Shown in pieces: positions 13,901-30,400 of a stretch of DNA of 64,000 nucleotides. Source of the stretch: Squalus acanthias (taxonomy: Eukaryota). Both the position numbers and the translations under genes were made by a program. Below the pieces are notes generated by a model. The model searched no databases, was not told where the DNA came from, and worked only from the letters and a program-made list of their open reading frames with translations. The stretch covers positions 124,001 to 188,000 of the forward strand of contig JASTWF010000325.1 in assembly GCA_030390025.1 (NCBI GenBank), in the 5' to 3' direction. Position 1 is the first letter of the stretch. Every line of letters starts with the position of its first letter.

Positions 13901-16900
13901 ATATTGATTGTACCTGGACAGTGTATATAGATTGTACCTGGACAGTGTATATGATTGTACCTGGACAGTGTATATAGATTGTACCTGGACAGTGTATATA
14001 GATTGTACCTGGACAGTGTATATTGATTGTACCTGGACAGTGTATATAGATTGTACCTGGACAGTGTATATTGATTGTACCTGGACAGTGTATATAGATT
14101 GTACCTGGACAGTGTATATAGATTGTACCTGGACAGTGTATATAGATTGTACCTGGACAGTGTATATAGATTGTACCTGGACAGTGTATATAGATTGTAC
14201 CTGGACAGTGTATATTGATTGTACCTGGACAGTGTATATAGATTGTACCTGGACAGTGTATATAGATTGTACCTGGACAGTGTATATTGATTGTACCTGG
14301 ACAGTGTATATAGATTGTACCTGGACAGTGTATATAGATTGTACCTGGACAGTGTATATTGATTGTACCTGGACAGTGTATATTGATTGTACCTGGACAG
14401 TGTATATAGATTGTACCTGGACAGTGTATATTGATTGTACCTGGACAGTGTATATAGATTGTACCTGGACAGTGTATATAGATTGTACCTGGACAGTGTA
14501 TATTGATTGTACCTGGACAGTGTATATAGATTGTACCTGGACAGTGTATATTGATTGTACCTGGACAGTGTATATTGATTGTACCTGGACAGTGTATATA
14601 GATTGTACCTGGACAGTGTATATTGATTGTACCTGGACAGTGTATATTGATTGTACCTGGACAGTGTATATAGATTGTACCTGGACAGTGTATATAGATT
14701 GTACCTGGACAGTGTATATAGATTGTACCTGGACAGTGTATATAGATTGTACCTGGACAGTGTATATAGATTGTACCTGGACAGTGTATATAGATTGTAC
14801 CTGGACAGTGTATATTGATTGTACCTGGACAGTGTATATTGATTGTACCTGGACAGTGTATATAGATTGTACCTGGACAGTGTATATTGATTGTACCTGG
14901 ACAGTGTATATTGATTGTACCTGGACAGTGTATATAGATTGTACCTGGACAGTGTATATAGATTGTACCTGGACAGTGTATATAGATTGTACCTGGACAG
15001 TGTATATAGATTGTACCTGGACAGTGTATATTGATTGTACCTGGACAGTGTATATTGATTGTACCTGGACAGTGTATATAGATTGTACCTGGACAGTGTA
15101 TATAGATTGTACCTGGACAGTGTATATTGATTGTACCTGGACAGTGTATATTGATTGTACCTGGACAGTGTATATAGATTGTACCTGGACAGTGTATATA
15201 GATTGTACCTGGACAGTGTATATTGATTGTACCTGGACAGTGTATATTGATTGTACCTGGACAGTGTATATAGATTGTACCTGGACAGTGTATATAGATT
15301 GTACCTGGACAGTGTATATAGATTGTACCTGGACAGTGTATATTGATTGTACCTGGACAGTGTATATAGATTGTACCTGGACAGTGTATATAGATTGTAC
15401 CTGGACAGTGTATATAGATTGTACCTGGACAGTGTATATTGATTGTACCTGGACAGTGTATATTGATTGTACCTGGACAGTGTATATAGATTGTACCTGG
15501 ACAGTGTATATAGATTGTACCTGGACAGTGTATATAGATTGTACCTGGACAGTGTATATAGATTGTACCTGGACAGTGTATATAGATTGTACCTGGACAG
15601 TGTATATAGATTGTACCTGGACAGTGTATATAGATTGTACCTGGACAGTGTATATTGATTGTACCTGGACAGTGTATATAGATTGTACCTGGACAGTGTA
15701 TATTGATTGTACCTGGACAGTGTATATAGATTGTACCTGGACAGTGTATATTGATTGTACCTGGACAGTGTATATAGATTGTACCTGGACAGTGTATATT
15801 GATTGTACCTGGACAGTGTATATAGATTGTACCTGGACAGTGTATATTGATTGTACCTGGACAGTGTATATTGATTGTACCTGGACAGTGTATATTGATT
15901 GTACCTGGACAGTGTATATAGATTGTACCTGGACAGTGTATATTGATTGTACCTGGACAGTGTATATAGATTGTACCTGGACAGTGTATATTGATTGTAC
16001 CTGGACAGTGTATATAGATTGTACCTGGACAGTGTATATAGATTGTACCTGGACAGTGTATATAGATTGTACCTGGACAGTGTATATTGATTGTACCTGG
16101 ACAGTGTATATAGATTGTACCTGGACAGTGTATATTGATTGTACCTGGACAGTGTATATAGATTGTACCTGGACAGTGTATATAGATTGTACCTGGACAG
16201 TGTATATAGATTGTACCTGGACAGTGTATATTGATTGTACCTGGACAGTGTATATAGATTGTACCTGGACAGTGTATATAGATTGTACCTGGACAGTGTA
16301 TATTGATTGTACCTGGACAGTGTATATAGATTGTACCTGGACAGTGTATATTGATTGTACCTGGACAGTGTATATTGATTGTACCTGGACAGTGTATATA
16401 GATTGTACCTGGACAGTGTATATTGATTGTACCTGGACAGTGTATATTGATTGTACCTGGACAGTGTATATAGATTGTACCTGGACAGTGTATATAGATT
16501 GTACCTGGACAGTGTATATGATTGTACCTGGACAGTGTATATAGATTGTACCTGGACAGTGTATATTGATTGTACCTGGACAGTGTATATAGATTGTACC
16601 TGGACAGTGTATATAGATTGTACCTGGACAGTGTATATAGATTGTACCTGGACAGTGTATATTGATTGTACCTGGACAGTGTATATAGATTGTACCTGGA
16701 CAGTGTATATAGATTGTACCTGGACAGTGTATATTGATTGTACCTGGACAGTGTATATTGATTGTACCTGGACAGTGTATATAGATTGTACCTGGACAGT
16801 GTATATAGATTGTACCTGGACAGTGTATATAGATTGTACCTGGACAGTGTATATAGATTGTACCTGGACAGTGTATATTGATTGTACCTGGACAGTGTAT

Positions 16901-17500
16901 ATAGATTGTACCTGGACAGTGTATATTGATTGTACCTGGACAGTGTATATAGATTGTACCTGGACAGTGTATATAGATTGTACCTGGACAGTGTATATAG
17001 ATTGTACCTGGACAGTGTATATAGATTGTACCTGGACAGTGTATATAGATTGTACCTGGACAGTGTATATAGATTGTACCTGGACAGTGTATATTGATTG
17101 TACCTGGACAGTGTATATTGATTGTACCTGGACAGTGTATATAGATTGTACCTGGACAGTGTATATAGATTGTACCTGGACAGTGTATATAGATTGTACC
17201 TGGACAGTGTATATAGATTGTACCTGGACAGTGTATATTGATTGTACCTGGACAGTGTATATAGATTGTACCTGGACAGTGTATATTGATTGTACCTGGA
17301 CAGTGTATATAGATTGTACCTGGACAGTGTATATAGATTGTACCTGGACAGTGTATATAGATTGTACCTGGACAGTGTATATAGATTGTACCTGGACAGT
17401 GTATATAGATTGTACCTGGACAGTGTATATTGATTGTACCTGGACAGTGTATATAGATTGTACCTGGACAGTGTATATAGATTGTACCTGGACAGTGTAT
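11000..17500. repeat. ~3.2 kb (~134 monomers) block duplication within the array
   Basis: Identical 7xA-run ORFs at 12252 and 15467 (offset 3215). Each is followed by an alternating T/A run and preceded by a matching A/T pattern. Confidence 0.7.
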
Positions 17501-18499
17501 ATTGATTGTACCTGGACAGTGTATATAGATTGTACCTGGACAGTGTATATAGATTGTACCTGGACAGTGTATATTGATTGTACCTGGACAGTGTATATAG
17601 ATTGTACCTGGACAGTGTATATTGATTGTACCTGGACAGTGTATATAGATTGTACCTGGACAGTGTATATAGATTGTACCTGGACAGTGTATATTGATTG
17701 TACCTGGACAGTGTATATTGATTGTACCTGGACAGTGTATATAGATTGTACCTGGACAGTGTATATTGATTGTACCTGGACAGTGTATATAGATTGTACC
17801 TGGACAGTGTATATTGATTGTACCTGGACAGTGTATATAGATTGTACCTGGACAGTGTATATAGATTGTACCTGGACAGTGTATATAGATTGTACCTGGA
17901 CAGTGTATATTGATTGTACCTGGACAGTGTATATAGATTGTACCTGGACAGTGTATATTGATTGTACCTGGACAGTGTATATTGATTGTACCTGGACAGT
18001 GTATATAGATTGTACCTGGACAGTGTATATTGATTGTACCTGGACAGTGTATATTGATTGTACCTGGACAGTGTATATAGATTGTACCTGGACAGTGTAT
18101 ATTGATTGTACCTGGACAGTGTATATAGATTGTACCTGGACAGTGTATATAGATTGTACCTGGACAGTGTATATAGATTGTACCTGGACAGTGTATATTG
18201 ATTGTACCTGGACAGTGTATATTGATTGTACCTGGACAGTGTATATTGATTGTACCTGGACAGTGTATATTGATTGTACCTGGACAGTGTATATTGATTG
18301 TACCTGGACAGTGTATATTGATTGTACCTGGACAGTGTATATAGATTGTACCTGGACAGTGTATATAGATTGTACCTGGACAGTGTATATAGATTGTACC
18401 TGGACAGTGTATATTGATTGTACCTGGACAGTGTATATAGATTGTACCTGGACAGTGTATATAGATTGTACCTGGACAGTGTATATTGATTGTACCTGG

Positions 18500-21400
18500 A
18501 CAGTGTATATTGATTGTACCTGGACAGTGTATATAGATTGTACCTGGACAGTGTATATAGATTGTACCTGGACAGTGTATATAGATTGTACCTGGACAGT
18601 GTATATAGATTGTACCTGGACAGTGTATATTGATTGTACCTGGACAGTGTATATAGATTGTACCTGGACAGTGTATATAGATTGTACCTGGACAGTGTAT
18701 ATAGATTGTACCTGGACAGTGTATATTGATTGTACCTGGACAGTGTATATAGATTGTACCTGGACAGTGTATATAGATTGTACCTGGACAGTGTATATAG
18801 ATTGTACCTGGACAGTGTATATTGATTGTACCTGGACAGTGTATATAGATTGTACCTGGACAGTGTATATAGATTGTACCTGGACAGTGTATATAGATTG
18901 TACCTGGACAGTGTATATTGATTGTACCTGGACAGTGTATATAGATTGTACCTGGACAGTGTATATAGATTGTACCTGGACAGTGTATATTGATTGTACC
19001 TGGACAGTGTATATAGATTGTACCTGGACAGTGTATATAGATTGTACCTGGACAGTGTATATTGATTGTACCTGGACAGTGTATATTGATTGTACCTGGA
19101 CAGTGTATATTGATTGTACCTGGACAGTGTATATTGATTGTACCTGGACAGTGTATATAGATTGTACCTGGACAGTGTATATAGATTGTACCTGGACAGT
19201 GTATATTGATTGTACCTGGACAGTGTATATAGATTGTACCTGGACAGTGTATATTGATTGTACCTGGACAGTGTATATAGATTGTACCTGGACAGTGTAT
19301 ATAGATTGTACCTGGACAGTGTATATTGATTGTACCTGGACAGTGTATATAGATTGTACCTGGACAGTGTATATAGATTGTACCTGGACAGTGTATATAG
19401 ATTGTACCTGGACAGTGTATATTGATTGTACCTGGACAGTGTATATTGATTGTACCTGGACAGTGTATATTGATTGTACCTGGACAGTGTATATAGATTG
19501 TACCTGGACAGTGTATATAGATTGTACCTGGACAGTGTATATTGATTGTACCTGGACAGTGTATATAGATTGTACCTGGACAGTGTATATTGATTGTACC
19601 TGGACAGTGTATATTGATTGTACCTGGACAGTGTATATAGATTGTACCTGGACAGTGTATATTGATTGTACCTGGACAGTGTATATTGATTGTACCTGGA
19701 CAGTGTATATAGATTGTACCTGGACAGTGTATATTGATTGTACCTGGACAGTGTATATTGATTGTACCTGGACAGTGTATATAGATTGTACCTGGACAGT
19801 GTATATAGATTGTACCTGGACAGTGTATATAGATTGTACCTGGACAGTGTATATAGATTGTACCTGGACAGTGTATATAGATTGTACCTGGACAGTGTAT
19901 ATAGATTGTACCTGGACAGTGTATATTGATTGTACCTGGACAGTGTATATAGATTGTACCTGGACAGTGTATATAGATTGTACCTGGACAGTGTATATTG
20001 ATTGTACCTGGACAGTGTATATTGATTGTACCTGGACAGTGTATATAGATTGTACCTGGACAGTGTATATTGATTGTACCTGGACAGTGTATATTGATTG
20101 TACCTGGACAGTGTATATAGATTGTACCTGGACAGTGTATATAGATTGTACCTGGACAGTGTATATAGATTGTACCTGGACAGTGTATATTGATTGTACC
20201 TGGACAGTGTATATAGATTGTACCTGGACAGTGTATATAGATTGTACCTGGACAGTGTATATAGATTGTACCTGGACAGTGTATATTGATTGTACCTGGA
20301 CAGTGTATATAGATTGTACCTGGACAGTGTATATTGATTGTACCTGGACAGTGTATATTGATTGTACCTGGACAGTGTATATAGATTGTACCTGGACAGT
20401 GTATATTGATTGTACCTGGACAGTGTATATTGATTGTACCTGGACAGTGTATATAGATTGTACCTGGACAGTGTATATTGATTGTACCTGGACAGTGTAT
20501 ATTGATTGTACCTGGACAGTGTATATAGATTGTACCTGGACAGTGTATATGATTGTACCTGGACAGTGTATATGATTGTACCTGGACAGTGTATATAGAT
20601 TGTACCTGGACAGTGTATATAGATTGTACCTGGACAGTGTATATTGATTGTACCTGGACAGTGTATATAGATTGTACCTGGACAGTGTATATTGATTGTA
20701 CCTGGACAGTGTATATAGATTGTACCTGGACAGTGTATATAGATTGTACCTGGACAGTGTATATAGATTGTACCTGGACAGTGTATATAGATTGTACCTG
20801 GACAGTGTATATTAATTGTACCTGGACAGTGTATATAGATTGTACCTGGACAGTGTATATTGATTGTACCTGGACAGTGTATATTGATTGTACCTGGACA
20901 GTGTATATAGATTGTACCTGGACAGTGTATATTGATTGTACCTGGACAGTGTATATAGATTGTACCTGGACAGTGTATATTGATTGTACCTGGACAGTGT
21001 ATATTGATTGTACCTGGACAGTGTATATAGATTGTACCTGGACAGTGTATATAGATTGTACCTGGACAGTGTATATAGATTGTACCTGGACAGTGTATAT
21101 AGATTGTACCTGGACAGTGTATATGATTGTACCTGGACAGTGTATATAGATTGTACCTGGACAGTGTATATAGATTGTACCTGGACAGTGTATATAGATT
21201 GTACCTGGACAGTGTATATTGATTGTACCTGGACAGTGTATATAGATTGTACCTGGACAGTGTATATAGATTGTACCTGGACAGTGTATATAGATTGTAC
21301 CTGGACAGTGTATATTGATTGTACCTGGACAGTGTATATAGATTGTACCTGGACAGTGTATATAGATTGTACCTGGACAGTGTATATTAATTGTACCTGG

Positions 21401-24400
21401 ACAGTGTATATAGATTGTACCTGGAGAGTGTATATAGATTGTACCTGGAGAGTGTATATTGATTGTACCTTGACAGTGTATATTGATTGTACCTGGGCAG
21501 TGTATATAGATTGTACCTGGACAGTGTATATTGATTGTACCTGGACAGTGTATATTGATTGTACCTGGACAGTGTATATAGATTGTACCTGGACAGTGTA
21601 TATAGATTGTACCTGGACAGTGTATATAGATTGTACCTGGACAGTGTATATTGATTGTACCTGGACAGTGTATATAGATTGTACCTGGACAGTGTATATA
21701 GATTGTACCTGGACAGTGTATATAGATTGTACCTGGACAGTGTATATTGATTGTACCTGGACAGTGTATATAGATTGTACCTGGACAGTGTATATTGATT
21801 GTACCTGGACAGTGTATATTGATTGTACCTGGACAGTGTATATAGATTGTACCTGGACAGTGTATATTGATTGTACCTGGACAGTGTATATTGATTGTAC
21901 CTGGACAGTGTATATAGATTGTACCTGGACAGTGTATATGATTGTACCTGGACAGTGTATATAGATTGTACCTGGACAGTGTATATAGATTGTACCTGGA
22001 CAGTGTATATAGATTGTACCTGGACAGTGTATATAGATTGTACCTGGACAGTGTATATAATTGTACCGACAGTGTATATAGATTGTACCTGGACAGTGTA
22101 TATTGATTGTACCTGGACAGTGTATATTGATTGTACCTGGACAGTGTATATAGATTGTACCTGGACAGTGTATATTGATTGTACCTGGACAGTGTATATT
22201 GATTGTACCTGGACAGTGTATATAGATTGTACCTGGACAGTGTATATAGATTGTACCTGGACAGTGTATATAGATTGTACCTGGACAGTGTATATAGATT
22301 GTACCTGGACAGTGTATATAGATTGTACCTGGACAGTGTATATGATTGTACCTGGACAGTGTATATAGATTGTACCTGGACAGTGTATATAGATTGTACC
22401 TGGACAGTGTATATAGATTGTACCTGGACAGTGTATATTGATTGTACCTGGACAGTGTATATAGATTGTACCTGGACAGTGTATATAGATTGTACCTGGA
22501 CAGTGTATATAGATTGTACCTGGACAGTGTATATTGATTGTACCTGGACAGTGTATATAGATTGTACCTGGACAGTGTATATAGATTGTACCTGGACAGT
22601 GTATATAATTGTACCTGGACAGTGTATATAGATTGTACCTGGACAGTGTATATAGATTGTACCTGGACAGTGTATATTGATTGTACCTGGACAGTGTATA
22701 TTGATTGTACCTGGACAGTGTATATAGATTGTACCTGGACAGTGTATATTGATTGTACCTGGACAGTGTATATTGATTGTACCTGGACAGTGTATATAGA
22801 TTGTACCTGGACAGTGTATATAGATTGTACCTGGACAGTGTATATAGATTGTACCTGGACAGTGTATATTGATTGTACCTGGACAGTGTATATAGATTGT
22901 ACCTGGACAGTGTATATAGATTGTACCTGGACAGTGTATATAGATTGTACCTGGACAGTGTATATTGATTGTACCTGGACAGTGTATATAGATTGTACCT
23001 GGACAGTGTATATTGATTGTACCTGGACAGTGTATATTGATTGTACCTGGACAGTGTATATAGATTGTACCTGGACAGTGTATATTGATTGTACCTGGAC
23101 AGTGTATATTGATTGTACCTGGACAGTGTATATAGATTGTACCTGGACAGTGTATATGATTGTACCTGGACAGTGTATATAGATTGTACCTGGACAGTGT
23201 ATATAGATTGTACCTGGACAGTGTATATAGATTGTACCTGGACAGTGTATATAGATTGTACCTGGACAGTGTATATTGATTGTACCTGGACAGTGTATAT
23301 AGATTGTACCTGGACAGTGTATATTGATTGTACCTGGACAGTGTATATTGATTGTACCTGGACAGTGTATATAGATTGTACCTGGACAGTGTATATTGAT
23401 TGTACCTGGACAGTGTATATTGATTGTACCTGGACAGTGTATATAGATTGTACCTGGACAGTGTATATAGATTGTACCTGGACAGTGTATATAGATTGTA
23501 CCTGGACAGTGTATATTGATTGTACCTGGACAGTGTATATAGATTGTACCTGGACAGTGTATATAGATTGTACCTGGACAGTGTATATAGATTGTACCTG
23601 GACAGTGTATATTGATTGTACCTGGACAGTGTATATAGATTGTACCTGGACAGTGTATAGATTGTACCTGGACAGTGTATATTGATTGTACCTGGACAGT
23701 GTATATTGATTGTACCTGGACAGTGTATATAGATTGTACCTGGACAGTGTATATAGATTGTACCTGGACAGTGTATATAGATTGTACCTGGACAGTGTAT
23801 ATGATTGTACCTGGACAGTGTATATAGATTGTACCTGGACAGTGTATATAGATTGTACCTGGACAGTGTATATAGATTGTACCTGGACAGTGTATATTGA
23901 TTGTACCTGGACAGTGTATATAGATTGTACCTGGACAGTGTATATAGATTGTACCTGGACAGTGTATATAGATTGTACCTGGACAGTGTATATTGATTGT
24001 ACCTGGACAGTGTATATAGATTGTACCTGGACAGTGTATATAGATTGTACCTGGACAGTGTATATTAATTGTACCTGGACAGTGTATATAGATTGTACCT
24101 GGACAGTGTATATAGATTGTACCTGGACAGTGTATATTGATTGTACCTGGACAGTGTATATAGATTGTACCTGGACAGTGTATATAGATTGTACCTGGAC
24201 AGTGTATATAGATTGTACCTGGACAGTGTATATAGATTGTACCTGGACAGTGTATATTGATTGTACCTGGACAGTGTATATAGATTGTACCTGGACAGTG
24301 TATATAGATTGTACCTGGACAGTGTATATAGATTGTACCTGGACAGTGTATATTGATTGTACCTGGACAGTGTATATAGATTGTACCTGGACAGTGTATA

Positions 24401-27400
24401 TAGATTGTACCTGGACAGTGTATATAGATTGTACCTGGACAGTGTATATTGATTGTACCTGGACAGTGTATATAGATTGTACCTGGACAGTGTATATAGA
24501 TTGTACCTGGACAGTGTATATAGATTGTACCTGGACAGTGTATATTGATTGTACCTGGACAGTGTATATAGATTGTACCTGGACAGTGTATATAGATTGT
24601 ACCTGGACAGTGTATATTGATTGTACCTGGACAGTGTATATAGATTGTACCTGGACAGTGTATATAGATTGTACCTGGACAGTGTATATTGATTGTACCT
24701 GGACAGTGTATATTGATTGTACCTGGACAGTGTATATTGATTGTACCTGGACAGTGTATATTGATTGTACCTGGACAGTGTATATAGATTGTACCTGGAC
24801 AGTGTATATAGATTGTACCTGGACAGTGTATATTGATTGTACCTGGACAGTGTATATAGATTGTACCTGGACAGTGTATATTGATTGTACCTGGACAGTG
24901 TATATAGATTGTACCTGGACAGTGTATATAGATTGTACCTGGACAGTGTATATTGATTGTACCTGGACAGTGTATATAGATTGTACCTGGACAGTGTATA
25001 TAGATTGTACCTGGACAGTGTATATAGATTGTACCTGGACAGTGTATATTGATTGTACCTGGACAGTGTATATTGATTGTACCTGGACAGTGTATATTGA
25101 TTGTACCTGGACAGTGTATATAGATTGTACCTGGACAGTGTATATAGATTGTACCTGGACAGTGTATATTGATTGTACCTGGACAGTGTATATAGATTGT
25201 ACCTGGACAGTGTATATTGATTGTACCTGGACAGTGTATATTGATTGTACCTGGACAGTGTATATAGATTGTACCTGGACAGTGTATATTGATTGTACCT
25301 GGACAGTGTATATTGATTGTACCTGGACAGTGTATATAGATTGTACCTGGACAGTGTATATTGATTGTACCTGGACAGTGTATATTGATTGTACCTGGAC
25401 AGTGTATATAGATTGTACCTGGACAGTGTATATAGATTGTACCTGGACAGTGTATATAGATTGTACCTGGACAGTGTATATAGATTGTACCTGGACAGTG
25501 TATATAGATTGTACCTGGACAGTGTATATAGATTGTACCTGGACAGTGTATATTGATTGTACCTGGACAGTGTATATAGATTGTACCTGGACAGTGTATA
25601 TAGATTGTACCTGGACAGTGTATATTGATTGTACCTGGACAGTGTATATTGATTGTACCTGGACAGTGTATATAGATTGTACCTGGACAGTGTATATTGA
25701 TTGTACCTGGACAGTGTATATTGATTGTACCTGGACAGTGTATATAGATTGTACCTGGACAGTGTATATAGATTGTACCTGGACAGTGTATATAGATTGT
25801 ACCTGGACAGTGTATATTGATTGTACCTGGACAGTGTATATAGATTGTACCTGGACAGTGTATATAGATTGTACCTGGACAGTGTATATAGATTGTACCT
25901 GGACAGTGTATATTGATTGTACCTGGACAGTGTATATAGATTGTACCTGGACAGTGTATATTGATTGTACCTGGACAGTGTATATTGATTGTACCTGGAC
26001 AGTGTATATAGATTGTACCTGGACAGTGTATATTGATTGTACCTGGACAGTGTATATTGATTGTACCTGGACAGTGTATATAGATTGTACCTGGACAGTG
26101 TATATTGATTGTACCTGGACAGTGTATATTGATTGTACCTGGACAGTGTATATAGATTGTACCTGGACAGTGTATATGATTGTACCTGGACAGTGTATAT
26201 TGATTGTACCTGGACAGTGTATATAGATTGTACCTGGACAGTGTATATAGATTGTACCTGGACAGTGTATATTGATTGTACCTGGACAGTGTATATAGAT
26301 TGTACCTGGACAGTGTATATTGATTGTACCTGGACAGTGTATATAGATTGTACCTGGACAGTGTATATAGATTGTACCTGGACAGTGTATATAGATTGTA
26401 CCTGGACAGTGTATATAGATTGTACCTGGACAGTGTATATTAATTGTACCTGGACAGTGTATATAGATTGTACCTGGACAGTGTATATTGATTGTACCTG
26501 GACAGTGTATATTGATTGTACCTGGACAGTGTATATAGATTGTACCTGGACAGTGTATATTGATTGTACCTGGACAGTGTATATAGATTGTACCTGGACA
26601 GTGTATATTGATTGTACCTGGACAGTGTATATTGATTGTACCTGGACAGTGTATATAGATTGTACCTGGACAGTGTATATAGATTGTACCTGGACAGTGT
26701 ATATAGATTGTACCTGGACAGTGTATATAGATTGTACCTGGACAGTGTATATGATTGTACCTGGACAGTGTATATAGATTGTACCTGGACAGTGTATATA
26801 GATTGTACCTGGACAGTGTATATAGATTGTACCTGGACAGTGTATATTGATTGTACCTGGACAGTGTATATAGATTGTACCTGGACAGTGTATATAGATT
26901 GTACCTGGACAGTGTATATAGATTGTACCTGGACAGTGTATATAGATTGTACCTGGACAGTGTATATAGATTGTACCTGGACAGTGTATATAGATTGTAC
27001 CTGGACAGTGTATATTAATTGTACCTGGACAGTGTATATAGATTGTACCTGGACAGTGTATATAGATTGTACCTGGAGAGTGTATATTGATTGTACCTGG
27101 ACAGTGTATATTGATTGTACCTGGACAGTGTATATAGATTGTACCTGGACAGTGTATATTGATTGTACCTGGACAGTGTATATTGATTGTACCTGGACAG
27201 TGTATATAGATTGTACCTGGACAGTGTATATAGATTGTACCTGGACAGTGTATATAGATTGTACCTGGACAGTGTATATTGATTGTACCTGGACAGTGTA
27301 TATAGATTGTACCTGGACAGTGTATATAGATTGTACCTGGACAGTGTATATAGATTGTACCTGGACAGTGTATATTGATTGTACCTGGACAGTGTATATA

Positions 27401-30400
27401 GATTGTACCTGGACAGTGTATATTGATTGTACCTGGACAGTGTATATTGATTGTACCTGGACAGTGTATATAGATTGTACCTGGACAGTGTATATTGATT
27501 GTACCTGGACAGTGTATATTGATTGTACCTGGACAGTGTATATAGATTGTACCTGGACAGTGTATATGATTGTACCTGGACAGTGTATATAGATTGTACC
27601 TGGACAGTGTATATAGATTGTACCTGGACAGTGTATATAGATTGTACCTGGACAGTGTATATAGATTGTACCTGGACAGTGTATATTAATTGTACCTGGA
27701 CAGTGTATATAGATTGTACCTGGACAGTGTATATTGATTGTACCTGGACAGTGTATATTGATTGTACCTGGACAGTGTATATAGATTGTACCTGGACAGT
27801 GTATATTGATTGTACCTGGACAGTGTATATTGATTGTACCTGGACAGTGTATATAGATTGTACCTGGACAGTGTATATAGATTGTACCTGGACAGTGTAT
27901 ATAGATTGTACCTGGACAGTGTATATAGATTGTACCTGGACAGTGTATATAGATTGTACCTGGACAGTGTATATGATTGTACCTGGACAGTGTATATAGA
28001 TTGTACCTGGACAGTGTATATAGATTGTACCTGGACAGTGTATATAGATTGTACCTGGACAGTGTATATTGATTGTACCTGGACAGTGTATATAGATTGT
28101 ACCTGGACAGTGTATATAGATTGTACCTGGACAGTGTATATAGATTGTACCTGGACAGTGTATATTGATTGTACCTGGACAGTGTATATAGATTGTACCT
28201 GGACAGTGTATATAGATTGTACCTGGACAGTGTATATTAATTGTACCTGGACTGTGTATATAGATTGTACCTGGACAGTGTATATAGATTGTACCTGGAG
28301 AGTGTATATTGATTGTACCTGGACAGTGTATATTGATTGTACCTGGACAGTGTATATAGATTGTACCTGGACAGTGTATATTGATTGTACCTGGACAGTG
28401 TATATTGATTGTACCTGGACAGTGTATATAGATTGTACCTGGACAGTGTATATAGATTGTACCTGGACAGTGTATATAGATTGTACCTGGACAGTGTATA
28501 TTGATTGTACCTGGACAGTGTATATAGATTGTACCTGGACAGTGTATATAGATTGTACCTGGACAGTGTATATAGATTGTACCTGGACAGTGTATATTGA
28601 TTGTACCTGGACAGTGTATATAGATTGTACCTGGACAGATGTATATTGATTGTACCTGGACAGTGTATATTGATTGTACCTGGACAGTGTATATAGATTG
28701 TACCTGGACAGTGTATATTGATTGTACCTGGACAGTGTATATTGATTGTACCTGGACAGTGTATATGATTGTACCTGGACAGTGTATATAGATTGTACCT
28801 GGACAGTGTATATAGATTGTACCTGGACAGTGTATATAGATTGTACCTGGACAGTGTATATAGATTGTACCTGGACAGTGTATATAGATTGTACCTGGAC
28901 AGTGTATATTAATTGTACCTGGACAGTGTATATAGATTGTACCTGGACAGTGTATATTGATTGTACCTTGACAGTGTATATTGATTGTACCTGGGCAGTG
29001 TATATAGATTGTACCTGGACAGTGTATATTGATTGTACCTGGACAGTGTATATTGATTGTACCTGGACAGTGTATATAGATTGTACCTGGACAGTGTATA
29101 TAGATTGTACCTGGACAGTGTATATAGATTGTACCTGGACAGTGTATATTGATTGTACCTGGACAGTGTATATAGATTGTACCTGGACAGTGTATATAGA
29201 TTGTACCTGGACAGTGTATATAGATTGTACCTGGACAGTGTATATTGATTGTACCTGGACAGTGTATATAGATTGTACCTGGACAGTGTATATAGATTGT
29301 ACCTGGACAGTGTATATTGATTGTACCTGGACAGTGTATATTGATTGTACCTGGACAGTGTATATAGATTGTACCTGGACAGTGTATATAGATTGTACCT
29401 GGACAGTGTATATAGATTGTACCTGGACAGTGTATATGATTGTACCTGGACAGTGTATATAGATTGTACCTGGACAGTGTATATAGATTGTACCTGGACA
29501 GTGTATATAGATTGTACCTGGACAGTGTATATTGATTGTACCTGGACAGTGTATATAGATTGTACCTGGACAGTGTATATAGATTGTACCTGGACAGTGT
29601 ATATAGATTGTACCTGGACAGTGTATATTGATTGTACCTGGACAGTGTATATAGATTGTACCTGGACAGTGTATATAGATTGTACCTGGACAGTGTATAT
29701 TGATTGTACCCAACAGTGGATATAGATTGTACCTGGAGAGTGTATATAGATTGTACCTGGAGAGTGTATATTGATTGTACCTGGACAGTGTATATTGATT
29801 GTACCTGGACAGTGTATATAGATTGTACCTGGACAGTGTATATTGATTGTACCTGGACAGTGTATATTGATTGTACCTGGACAGTGTATATAGATTGTAC
29901 CTGGACAGTGTATATAGATTGTACCTGGACAGTGTATATAGATTGTACCTGGACATTGCATATAGATTTTACCTGGACAGTGTATTCTGATTGTACCTGG
30001 ACAGTGTATATAGATTGTACCTGGACAGTGTATATAGATTGTACCTGGACAGTGTATATTGATTGTACCTGGACAGTGTATATAGATTGTACCTGGACAG
30101 TGTATATAGATTGTACCTGGACAGTGTATATTGATTGTACCTGGACAGTGTATATAGATTGTACCTGGACAGTGTATATAGATTGTACCTGGACAGTGTA
30201 TATTGATTGTACCTGGACAGTGTATATTGATTGTACCTGGACAGTGTATATTGATTGTACCTGGACAGTGTATATTGATTGTACCTGGACAGTGTATATA
30301 GATTGTACCTGGACAGTGTATATAGATTGTACCTGGACAGTGTATATTGATTGTACCTGGACAGTGTATATAGATTGTACCTGGACAGTGTATATTGATT

